Assembly (NCBI GenBank): GCA_024641665.1
Contig: JAHECP010000003.1
Span: forward strand, 14,767-31,596
DNA length: 16,830 bases
Source of the DNA: Acidobacteriota bacterium
GTDB taxonomy: Bacteria; Acidobacteriota; Vicinamibacteria; Vicinamibacterales; JAHECP01
Direction of reading: 5' to 3'
Shown here: piece after piece, positions 1-6,998 of the stretch
How positions within the stretch are numbered: the first letter of the stretch is position 1
How the letters are laid out: the number at the start of each line of letters is the position of its first letter
Translations under genes and position numbers: made by a program
The notes under the pieces: generated by a model
What the model was told of the DNA's origin: nothing
Database searches by the model: none
The model's input: the letters and a program-made list of their open reading frames with translations, nothing else

Positions 1-82
1 AGGTCGGGGGCCATCCCTTGCACCCGCCGGGCGATTCGGGGCACACTGAACCGTTCCATCCCTTTCACGCGGGAGACGGCGC

Positions 83-637
83 ATGATGACGACCTCGGGA
101 CCGGGGCTGCTGGTCCTCGGCGGGATGCTGGTGTTCGCGATGACGGCGGTGTCGGGGCGCGGCCCTGGCGCCGGCGAAGAGCTCAAGCCGGGCGACATGG
201 CGCCCGGGTTCACGCTCCCGGCGAGCGACGGGCACACCTACACCCTGGCCGACCTCAGGGGCCGGACGGTGGTGCTCGCCTGGTTTCCCAAGGCCTTCAC
301 CGGGGGCTGAACGGCCGAGTGCAAGTCGCTCCGTGCGAGCGGCGACCTCATCCGGCAGTTCGACGCGCAGTACTTCATGGTCAGCGTCGACACCCTCAAG
401 GACAACACCGCGTTCGCCAAGATGCACGAGGCGGACTTCCCGATCCTGGCCAACCCCGAGAAGAACGTCGCCGAGGCCTACGGCGTCCTGGCCGACAGCG
501 GCTACGCCCGGCGCTGGACGTTCTACATCGGGCCCGACGGGAAGATCCTCGACATCGACAAGTCGGTGCACGTGAGCACGGCCGGCGAGGACATGGTGGG
601 CAAGCTCACCGCCCTCGGCATCAAGAAGAGAACGTAG
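83..637 (+). CDS. Signal-peptide/anchor-bearing peroxiredoxin (AhpC/TSA-BCP thioredoxin-fold family) with in-frame TGA at 308-310 at the peroxidatic Cys position; predicted selenocysteine read-through
   Basis: Track ORFs 83..310 and 377..637 share one frame (both coordinates are 2 mod 3) and only one stop, TGA 308-310, separates them. The read-through translation is ...VVLAWFPKAFTGG-[TGA]-TAECKSLRASGDLIRQFDAQYFMVSVDT... This matches the Prx/BCP active-site context F-P-x-x-F-T-x-x-C-T-x-E-C, with TGA in place of the first Cys. The N-terminus is hydrophobic (LLVLGGMLVFAMTAV). GGGAGA at 71-76 lies 6 nt before ATG 83. A hairpin follows the TGA (next feature). Confidence 0.7.
325..343 (+). promoter_or_regulatory. 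Candidate bacterial SECIS hairpin downstream of TGA 308-310
   Basis: GUCGCUC (325-331) pairs with GAGCGGC (337-343), giving 7 bp including one G-U pair. The apical loop is CGUGC (332-336), with G and U in the loop. The stem starts 14 nt after the TGA. This fits the general bSECIS geometry, but it was folded by hand only. Confidence 0.45.
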
Positions 638-650
638 GGGCCGGCTCTGG

Positions 651-674
651 CGTGAGCCGTGAGCCGTGAGCCGT
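651..674. repeat. Tandem heptamer repeat CGTGAGC x 3.4 in the 39-nt gap between convergent stop codons
   Basis: Direct reading gives cgtgagc at 651-657, cgtgagc at 658-664, cgtgagc at 665-671, then cgt at 672-674. The repeat lies between TAG 635-637 (+ gene) and the minus-strand stop at 677-679. Confidence 0.9.
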
Positions 675-676
675 TC

Positions 677-1264
677 CTACGGCGTCGTCACCACGACGGC
701 CGAGCAGGGCGCGGCGCCCGCCCGGCTGTACGCGTGCGGCGCCGCCGAGTCGAAGTACACCGAATCTCCGGCGTCCAGCACGTGCTCGTCGTCCTCCACG
801 CGCAGCACGAGCTTCCCGCGCAGCACGTAGATGAACTCGGCGCCCGGGTGCTGGTGCGCGGCCGTCTCGTCACCGCGCCGCGCCGCGATCTCCACGTAGT
901 ACGCGTTCAGCCGCCGCTCGGTGGCGGGGTAGTCGAGGCACTCGAAGAAGTACGCGCTCGGGCCGCCGTCGGTCCGTTCGGGAAACCGCAGCCGGTCCTT
1001 CCTGCGGACGACGGCCACCGTGGGGCGCTCGCGGGGCCCGGCGAAGAAGAACTCCAGGCCCACGCTGAACACCAGGGCGATGCGAAGCAGCGTGGGGAGG
1101 GTGGGATAGAGGCGCCCGCGCTCGATCTTCGAGAGCATCGCCGGCGACAGCCCCGTGTGCCGCCCCAGCTCGACCAGCCCCATCTTCTTTCGGAGCCGCA
1201 GCCGCCGCAGCTTCTCGCCGATGCCGTAGCGTTCCAGCCCCTCGCTCAAGGTCACTGACAGCAC
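677..1264 (-). CDS. XRE-family helix-turn-helix transcriptional regulator with C-terminal cupin domain
   Basis: The N-terminal segment IGEKLRRLRLRKKMGLVELGRHTGLSPAMLSKIERG is a typical XRE/Cro-C1 HTH. The C-terminal segment HQHPGAEFIYVLRGKLVL...GDSVYFDSAAPHAY matches the cupin motifs. The start is GTG at 1264, with GGGGGG about 6 nt upstream on the minus strand. GTG 1255 is an alternative start. Confidence 0.85.
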   Translation of the reverse strand: MLSVTLSEGLERYGIGEKLRRLRLRKKMGLVELGRHTGLSPAMLSKIERGRLYPTLPTLLRIALVFSVGLEFFFAGPRERPTVAVVRRKDRLRFPERTDGGPSAYFFECLDYPATERRLNAYYVEIAARRGDETAAHQHPGAEFIYVLRGKLVLRVEDDEHVLDAGDSVYFDSAAPHAYSRAGAAPCSAVVVTTP

Positions 1265-1277
1265 GTCGAACCCCCCG

Positions 1278-1325
1278 GTTTTTCCCGTGGCTCAAAAGAA
1301 CCCGGTCGCGTTTTCCCCGTGCTCA
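1278..1325. promoter_or_regulatory. Imperfect direct repeat (gtttttcccgtggctca / gttttccccgtgctca) just upstream of the XRE-cupin gene; candidate operator
   Basis: Copy 1 is at 1278-1294 and copy 2 at 1310-1325, spaced about 32 nt apart. Both lie in the divergent intergenic region adjacent to the regulator's start codon. Any function is inferred. Confidence 0.3.
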
Positions 1326-1354
1326 CACGACTTTCAATGGTAGCCAATTTTTAC

Positions 1355-1382
1355 TTGTATGAAAAGATATTTGAACTATCAT
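1355..1382 (+). promoter_or_regulatory. Candidate sigma70-like promoter inside an AT-rich island
   Basis: TTGTAT (1355-1360), a 16-nt spacer, then TATCAT (1377-1382). These sit within a 68-nt stretch (about 1325-1392) that I hand-count at roughly one-third G+C, in an otherwise about 70% GC window. The element faces the fasciclin gene. Confidence 0.3.
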
Positions 1383-1524
1383 CAATCGACAACACGACGC
1401 CACCCGGTTGGCGACCGCGTCGTCGAGGGACGGCGCGGCGAGGCCGGACGCGCAGGCGGCGTGCAACGGTTCAGACCGACACCCAACGAATCGGGAACAC
1501 GGTTTCGCAAGGAGAGGCACGATC

Positions 1525-2028
1525 ATGAAGAACATTCGCACCATCACGCGGTGGACGCTGGCCGGCGCGCTGGCCCTGTCGGCGCTCACCATCGCTCCGG
1601 CCAAGGCCGCCGGCCCGGAGAAGGACATCGTCGACACGGCCGTGGCGGCCGGCTCGTTCAAGACGCTGGCGGCAGCGCTCCAGGCGGCCGGTCTCGTGGA
1701 CACGCTGAAGGGCAAGGGCCCGTTCACGGTGTTCGCGCCGACCGACGAAGCGTTCGCGAAGCTGCCGGCCGGCACGGTCGAGGATCTGCTGAAGCCGGAG
1801 AACAAGGCGAAGCTGACCGCCATCCTCACCTATCACGTCGTGGCGGGCGCCGTGCCGGCGTCGCAGGTGATCACGATGAACGAGATCAAGACGGTGAACG
1901 GCGAGATGGCCACGATCCACGTGGACCACGGCGTCGTGATGATCGACGGGGCCAAGGTGGTCAAGGCCGACATCCAGACCACCAACGGCGTCATCCACGT
2001 GATCGATTCGGTCATCCTGCCGCGATAG
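1525..2028 (+). CDS. Secreted fasciclin (FAS1) domain protein
   Basis: There is a signal peptide [33 protein letters not shown]1 hallmarks are present: [17 protein letters not shown] and [13 protein letters not shown]. The RBS AAGGAGAG at 1509-1516 precedes ATG 1525. The track ORF start at 1408 is an upstream extension. Confidence 0.9.
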   Translation: MKNIRTITRWTLAGALALSALTIAPAKAAGPEKDIVDTAVAAGSFKTLAAALQAAGLVDTLKGKGPFTVFAPTDEAFAKLPAGTVEDLLKPENKAKLTAILTYHVVAGAVPASQVITMNEIKTVNGEMATIHVDHGVVMIDGAKVVKADIQTTNGVIHVIDSVILPR

Positions 2029-2166
2029 CGGCGGACCTGGACCGGGGGCGGGTCACCGACCCGGCCGCCCGGGCAGCTGCGGTCTCCCGGCGCCATGACT
2101 CCGGTCGCCTCCCTTCTGTTGCGACAGGCAGCGAAGTGGCCCGGGAGGCCGCGTCACATCATCCCG

Positions 2167-3549
2167 ATGCCCTCGCTCATCCTGATCACCGGCGCGACCG
2201 GCTACGTGGGCGGCCGCCTGCTGGCGGCGCTGGTGGCCGCCGGCCGGCCGGTGCGCTGCCTCGTGCGGCGCGCCGCCCGGTTCGACGCGCCGGCGGGTGT
2301 CGAGGTGGTCGAAGGCGACTGCCTGGAGCCCGACACGCTGCCGCCCGCGCTCGAGGGCGTCCACACGGCGTACTACCTGGTCCACTCGATGTCGGCGGCG
2401 GGCGATTTCCAATCGCTGGATCGGCTGGCCGCCGCGCGGTTTGGAGCCGCGGCCGCGCGCGCCGGCGTGCGCCGCATCGTCTACCTGGGCGGGCTGGGCG
2501 ACCCGGAGGACGATCTGTCGCCGCACCTGTCGAGCCGGCAGGAGACAGGGAGGACGCTCGGCGAGAGCGGCGTGCCCGTCGTGGAGCTGCGCGCGTCGAT
2601 CGTCATCGGCTCGGGCAGCCTGTCGTTCGAGATGGTGCGCGCGCTGGCCGAGCGGCTGCCCGTGATGATCTGCCCGCGGTGGGTCGCGGTGGTGACCCAG
2701 CCGATCGCCATTGCCGACGTCGTCAGCTATCTGGCGGCGGCGCTCGAGCTGCCGCCCGGCGCCGAGGGGGTGTACGAGATTGGCGGCCCCGACGTGGTGT
2801 CCTACGGCGACATCCTGCGTGAGTACGCCCGGCAACGGGGGCTGCGCCGCCTGCTGGTTTCGGTGCCGCTCCTGACACCCCGGCTGTCGAGCCTGTGGCT
2901 GGCGCTCGTCACGCCGCTCCACGCGCGGGTGGGGCGCAAGCTCATCGACGGCGTGCGCAACGCCACCGTCGTCCGGTCGGATCGCGCGGCCCGCGCGTTC
3001 CCGGTGCGGCCGGTCGGGCTGGCGGCCGCGATCGAGGCGGCGCTCCGAGAGGCCGGCGCGCGCCGCCGGCGGTTCGCGGACGACCGGACGCTCGAGGTGG
3101 ACGCGCCGGCCGCGGCGGTGTTCGACGTCGTGCGCGGCATCGGCGGCGCCCGCGGCTGGTACTTCGGCGACGCGCTGTGGCGCCTGCGCGGCGGCCTGGA
3201 TCGGGCCCTCGGCGGACCCGGGATGGGGTCGGGGCGGCGCGACCCGGACGACTGCCGGCCGGGCGACGCCATCGACGGCTGGCGGGTCGAGGCGATCGCG
3301 CCGGGCCGGCGGCTGCGCCTGGAGGCCCGGATGAAGATGCCCGGGCGCGCGTGGCTGTCCTTCGAGGTCACCACGCGGCGGCACGGCGTGGTCCGCCTGC
3401 GGCAGACGGCCGAATTCGAGCCCCGGGGTCTGGCCGGACGGCTCTACTGGTACGCCCTGCTTCCCATCCACGCCGCGATGTTCGAGGGGATGATTCGGGG
3501 CATCGCCCGAAGGGCGCGCGAGACGCCGCCCGGCGCCGCCCGAGCTTGA
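2167..3549 (+). CDS. Atypical SDR / NmrA-like NAD(P)-binding protein fused to a DUF2867-like C-terminal domain
   Basis: A Rossmann motif ILITGATGYVGGRL follows ATG 2167 directly. The C-terminal half (GWYFGDALWRLRGGLD...GDAIDGWRVEAI...MKMPGRAWLSFEV...YWYALLPIHAAMFEGM) looks like the DUF2867 module commonly fused to such SDRs. ATG 2095 is an alternative upstream start. Confidence 0.85.
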   Translation: MPSLILITGATGYVGGRLLAALVAAGRPVRCLVRRAARFDAPAGVEVVEGDCLEPDTLPPALEGVHTAYYLVHSMSAAGDFQSLDRLAAARFGAAAARAGVRRIVYLGGLGDPEDDLSPHLSSRQETGRTLGESGVPVVELRASIVIGSGSLSFEMVRALAERLPVMICPRWVAVVTQPIAIADVVSYLAAALELPPGAEGVYEIGGPDVVSYGDILREYARQRGLRRLLVSVPLLTPRLSSLWLALVTPLHARVGRKLIDGVRNATVVRSDRAARAFPVRPVGLAAAIEAALREAGARRRRFADDRTLEVDAPAAAVFDVVRGIGGARGWYFGDALWRLRGGLDRALGGPGMGSGRRDPDDCRPGDAIDGWRVEAIAPGRRLRLEARMKMPGRAWLSFEVTTRRHGVVRLRQTAEFEPRGLAGRLYWYALLPIHAAMFEGMIRGIARRARETPPGAARA

Positions 3550-3644
3550 CAATCCCCCTTCCGGGGTCCAGATTTGAGCAGAGCGTTTCCCGCCTTTCAG
3601 TTCGAGGTGTCTTCGTCGTCCGGCGACTCGCCAAGGAGGACGAC

Positions 3645-4808
3645 ATGCCGCTTCACCTCCCGCACCCCCACATGCCCCATCCGCACATGAACGTGCGCGT
3701 CCTGGCCGTGTTCGCCCTCGTTTCGCTCCCGCTGCTCGCGGTCGGGGCGATGATGGTCCTGGGGGCCGGGCAGTCGCAGCTGCGCACCACCTACGGGCAT
3801 CAGCTGTCACAGGTCGCCGAGCAGACCGCGGCCACGCTGGATACCTACATGTACCGGCGCATCATCGACGTGTCGCGGATGGGTCGCATCCCGGTTCTGC
3901 GGGAGGCCGCCGCGCGCGCCTCGGCGGCGCCCTACGACGCCAACCGCGTGCAGACGCTCGACTACGAGTGGCGGTCGCACGGCGTGCCGGCTGAGCTCCG
4001 GGACACGATCGACGGTCCCGCCGCCGCCTTCCTGCGCGACATCGTGATGCACGACTCGATCTACCGCGAGATCCTGCTCGCCGACCGGCACGGGCGGCTC
4101 GTGGCGTCGTCGGACGTGTCGAGCGACTACGACCAATCGGACGAGGATTGGTGGCGCACGTCGTTCGGCGACGGGCTCGCCGGGCGCGTGGACCTCGCCG
4201 ACGTGCGCTGGGACGACAGCGCGCGGACCTACGCGATCGACATCTCGGTGCCGGTGCCGGCGCCGGGGCGCGAGGGCGAGCTGGCGGGTGTGCTGAAGGT
4301 GGTGGCCGACAGCCGCGAGATGCTGGTGTTCGTGGACGGCACGCGGCCCGGGCGCACGGGCGAGGCCACGCTCGTCAGGCCGGACGGCTCGATCGTGTTC
4401 AGCCGGCGCCCCTACGGACCCGACGCGCGGTACTTCGCCGCGACGCTCCTGAGCGAGCGGCTGCAGGAGACCAGCTGGGGGGATCCCACGCTGCAAGTGG
4501 CCTTCACTGCGGTGGACGGCAACGGCGAGCGGCACCTGATTGGCGTGGCGCCGAGCCAGCTCGGCGCGAGCTACCCGAACCTGGCCTGGGTAGTCGCGGT
4601 GTCGCAGTCCGAGGACGAGCTGTTCAGCCCCGTCCGGACTCAGATGTTCTACCTGCTGCTCGTGATCGCCGTCACGACGGTCGTGGTGCTGCTGCTGGCG
4701 CTCTGGTTCTCGATGCGGCTGGCCGCGCCGCCGGTCGAGATCGACATGCACCTGGTCGATCACCCGAGGGTGGCGCGCATCGCGGAAGAGGAGGAAATGA
4801 CGATGTGA
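3645..4808 (+). CDS. Membrane protein with extracytoplasmic Cache/PDC-like sensor domain flanked by two TM helices; no transmitter domain
   Basis: A strong RBS AAGGAGGA at 3633-3640 precedes ATG 3645. TM1 is VLAVFALVSLPLLAVGAMMVL. The sensor-like core is IYREILLADRHGRLVASSDVSSDYDQSDEDWW...YAIDISVPV...GELAGVLKVV. TM2 is MFYLLLVIAVTTVVVLLLALWF, followed by only about 35 residues. The track ORF start at 2895 is a shadow extension over the SDR gene. Confidence 0.75.
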   Translation: MPLHLPHPHMPHPHMNVRVLAVFALVSLPLLAVGAMMVLGAGQSQLRTTYGHQLSQVAEQTAATLDTYMYRRIIDVSRMGRIPVLREAAARASAAPYDANRVQTLDYEWRSHGVPAELRDTIDGPAAAFLRDIVMHDSIYREILLADRHGRLVASSDVSSDYDQSDEDWWRTSFGDGLAGRVDLADVRWDDSARTYAIDISVPVPAPGREGELAGVLKVVADSREMLVFVDGTRPGRTGEATLVRPDGSIVFSRRPYGPDARYFAATLLSERLQETSWGDPTLQVAFTAVDGNGERHLIGVAPSQLGASYPNLAWVVAVSQSEDELFSPVRTQMFYLLLVIAVTTVVVLLLALWFSMRLAAPPVEIDMHLVDHPRVARIAEEEEMTM

Positions 4809-4809
4809 G

Positions 4810-4836
4810 CCCGACGCCCGCGTCAGCGGGCTCGGG
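4810..4836. terminator. GC-rich hairpin between convergent genes (possible bidirectional terminator, no U-tract)
   Basis: cccga-c-gcccgc (4810-4821), loop gtca (4822-4825), gcgggc-tcggg (4826-4836). This gives 11 bp with one bulged C. It starts 2 nt after stop 4806-4808 and lies 19 nt from the minus-strand stop at 4855. Confidence 0.4.
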
Positions 4837-4854
4837 GGCGAGGCGGGTGGAGGA

Positions 4855-5880
4855 CTAGCCAGCCGGCCGCTCGAGGACGCGTGCGATCTCGTCGCGCGCG
4901 GGCGCTTCGAGGGGCGCCACGCGGCCACCCCGCTCGACCGTGAGGCCGTCGGCGCGCGGGCGGATCTCGCCGACCACGCTGGTTGGAATGCCCTGGACGG
5001 CCAGCACGTCGGCAACGGCCCCGAGCTCTCCGGGCGGGGCCCCCACGAGGAGGGCGCCCGACGCGATGAGCGCGAGCGGGTCGAGGGCCAGGGCGGCGCA
5101 GACGGCGGCGGTTTCGGGCAGCACGGGGATGTGGTCGGCGAACACGCGCAACCCGTGGCCCGACGCGACGGCCATCTCGACGAGGCCGGTCAGCACGCCG
5201 CCCTCGGTCGGGTCGTGCAGCGCGTGGACGCGCGCGGCGCCGGCCGCCGCGAGCGCGGCGGCGACGACGCTGATGCCGGGGGCGTCCAGCAGACGCGCGG
5301 CGCGGTCCAGCAGCGCCGGGCTCACCCGGCCCTCCAGCAGGGCGCGCCTCTCGCGCGCCAGGATGGCGGTGCCCTCGATCGCGGCGCCGTGCGTGAGCAG
5401 GAGGTGGTCGCCCGGCGCGAGACGGGTCTTGTCGAGCACGCCGGCCCTGTCCGTCTCGCCGAGCATCTGGCCGACGAGGACCGGGCGGTCGAGCCCGACC
5501 GTGATCTCGGTATGGCCGCCGCACACGGTCGCGCCGAGCGCGTCGCACGCGGCGGCGACATCGGCCATGATGGCCTCGGCCAGATCGGCGGTGGCCGAGG
5601 CCTCGGGCAGCAGGAGCACGGCGAAGAACCAGCGCGGGCGCGCGCCGAGCACCGCGACGTCGTTGGCGTTGACGTGCACGGCGTAGGCGCCAATCCGGTC
5701 GGCGGCGAACGTGACGGGGTCGGTGGCGACGACGAGCGCGCGACCGCCGATCTCGATGACGGCGGCGTCCTCGCCGGGCTTGGGCCCGACGAGCACCTGC
5801 GGGTCGTGGCGGCGCAGGCGGTCCACGAGGGAGGCGAGATGGGCCGCCGGGAGCTTGCCGGCGGCGAGCCGGATCGCCAT
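4855..5880 (-). CDS. AIR synthase-related protein (PurM/HypE/ThiL superfamily), HypE-like but lacking the HypE C-terminal Cys
   Basis: Motifs GEDAAVIEIGG, LVVATDPVTF, NANDVAVLGARP, GGHTEIT and HDPTEGGV are typical of the PurM-like fold. There is no N-terminal Cys/Sec-x-x-Lys as in SelD. There is no C-terminal PRIC-type Cys as in HypE. Confidence 0.85.
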   Translation of the reverse strand: MAIRLAAGKLPAAHLASLVDRLRRHDPQVLVGPKPGEDAAVIEIGGRALVVATDPVTFAADRIGAYAVHVNANDVAVLGARPRWFFAVLLLPEASATADLAEAIMADVAAACDALGATVCGGHTEITVGLDRPVLVGQMLGETDRAGVLDKTRLAPGDHLLLTHGAAIEGTAILARERRALLEGRVSPALLDRAARLLDAPGISVVAAALAAAGAARVHALHDPTEGGVLTGLVEMAVASGHGLRVFADHIPVLPETAAVCAALALDPLALIASGALLVGAPPGELGAVADVLAVQGIPTSVVGEIRPRADGLTVERGGRVAPLEAPARDEIARVLERPAG

Positions 5881-6088
5881 GACCCGTATCTTACGGCGAA
5901 GCCAGTCGTTCGGGGGCGGGACCGTGTCCCAGCGGTGACCGCCAGAATCCCGTCGGCAGCCCGCCGAATCTCCGCGAGCGACTCAGCGAACGAGGGGGTT
6001 TCCGGCCAAGAACATGGCGTCCGCCAGGGGAAGGTCGGGCACCGATCTTGCGCTCGTGGAATCAACGCTGGTCAAGTGGGGGATGGTC

Positions 6089-6373
6089 ATGGGCGAAAGT
6101 CTGGTGTATCGAACCGTCCGTCCCCCCCTCGGGTTCCAGGCCCGCCTGGTCGGGACGGAGCGGCGGGACTGGGTCACGAGGGAGCAGCTGGTTCGGCGCG
6201 TCAGGAACGAGTTCGAGGAGATGCCGGGGCTGCGCCTGACCTTCGGGCAGGCCAAGATGCTCTTCGGCCTCGAGCACGGGTGTTGTCAGCGCATCCTGTG
6301 CGAGCTGACGGCGTCGGGCTATCTCGCCCAGCTCAAGAACGGCCTGTATGGTCGGCGGGATCTCGTGGCGTGA
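6089..6373 (+). CDS. Small hypothetical protein, possible winged-helix fold
   Basis: The frame is open from 6014 to 6373. GGGGGA at 6078-6083 lies 5 nt before ATG 6089, so ATG 6014 and ATG 6083 are alternative starts. The C-terminal segment LTFGQAKMLFGLEHGCCQRILCELTASGYLAQLKNGLYGR resembles a helix-turn-helix plus wing. No family is recognised. Codon third positions are less GC-biased than in the neighbouring genes. Confidence 0.5.
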   Translation: MGESLVYRTVRPPLGFQARLVGTERRDWVTREQLVRRVRNEFEEMPGLRLTFGQAKMLFGLEHGCCQRILCELTASGYLAQLKNGLYGRRDLVA

Positions 6374-6464
6374 CGCGCCGGGGGCATCAACTCTCCGCGC
6401 GGCGTTCGGGACCGAAGCCGGCGCCCAGGCGTCACGGGGGGGATCTGTCTTGCGGGAGGCGCGC

Positions 6465-6917
6465 GTGACCGTCGGTGAAGCCTGCACTCGTGACGTGGTG
6501 ATCTGCCTGGCGCAGGACACGCTCGTGGACGCCGCGCGCCAGATGCGCGCGCGGCGCATCGGCAACGTGGTCGTCGTCGAGGAGCACGGCGGCCACCGGC
6601 GGGCGGTGGGCATCCTCACCGACCGCGACCTGGTGACGCGGTCGCTCGCCGTGGAGCCCGACGCGCTCGAGTCGCAGCGCGTGGGCGACGCAATGAGCCA
6701 GCGGCCCGTCACCATCACCGAGGACGCCTCGCTCTCCGACGCGCTGCAGAAGATGCGCGCGCACGCCATCCGCCGCCTGCCGGTCGCCGGCGCCGAGGGC
6801 GAGCTGGTGGGCATCATCGCCTTCGACGACGTCCTCGATCTCCTGACGCCGGACCTCATCGGCCTCGCCCGCGACGTGGCGCGCGTGCAGAAGCGCGACC
6901 GCCTCGCGCACGTCTGA
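6465..6917 (+). CDS. CBS-domain pair protein
   Basis: Two CBS repeats are visible: VGEACTRDVVICLAQDTLVDAARQMRARRIGNVVVVEE...VGILTDRDLV, and VGDAMSQRPVTITEDASLSDALQKMRAHAIRRLPV...LVGIIAFDDVL. GGGAGG at 6454-6459 lies 5 nt before GTG 6465. TTG 6450 is an alternative start, and the track start at 6348 is unlikely. Confidence 0.85.
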   Translation: MTVGEACTRDVVICLAQDTLVDAARQMRARRIGNVVVVEEHGGHRRAVGILTDRDLVTRSLAVEPDALESQRVGDAMSQRPVTITEDASLSDALQKMRAHAIRRLPVAGAEGELVGIIAFDDVLDLLTPDLIGLARDVARVQKRDRLAHV

Positions 6918-6978
6918 CGGCCGTCCCGCGGCGATCGAGTCCACCGACGGCACCACGAAGTTCACGAAAGATGCCGAA

Positions 6979-6998
6979 GGGCACGAACGATCGTGCCC
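6979..6998. terminator. Perfect 8-bp hairpin in convergent intergenic region (possible terminator)
   Basis: gggcacga (6979-6986), loop acga, tcgtgccc (6991-6998). On the minus strand it is followed by the T-containing tract ttcggcatctttcg. It lies between stop 6915-6917 (+) and the stop at 7076 (-). Confidence 0.4.

Noticed and set aside
83-637. Treating 83..310 and 377..637 as two independent small genes, or as a dead pseudogene
   Set aside because: Neither fragment alone is a complete thioredoxin fold. The stop lies exactly at the catalytic Cys codon, the inter-ORF codons continue the Prx sequence, and a hairpin follows the TGA. A pseudogene is not fully excluded and remains the alternative stated in the finding.
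2895-3644. Upstream extension of the Cache-protein ORF overlapping the SDR gene
   Set aside because: The translation is Arg/Gly/Pro-rich and out of frame over a real gene. A strong RBS sits at 3633-3640 in front of ATG 3645.
2053-3810. 585-aa minus-strand ORF antisense to the SDR-DUF2867 gene. Similar long ORFs are 4823..5548(-), 5131..6468(+), 6432..8063(-), 7100..8299(+), 8577..9899(+), 9641..10969(+), 10440..13721(+) and 10696..14160(-)
   Set aside because: All are Arg/Pro/Gly/Ala-rich, low-complexity translations lying opposite to or out of frame with genes that carry clear domain motifs. These are typical shadow ORFs of high-GC DNA, and none shows a recognisable motif.
4855-5880. Selenophosphate synthetase (SelD) or HypE assignment for the AIR-synthase-like gene
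   Set aside because: It lacks the N-terminal Cys/Sec-Gly-x-Lys region of SelD and the C-terminal Cys motif of HypE. No sel or hyp neighbours are present.
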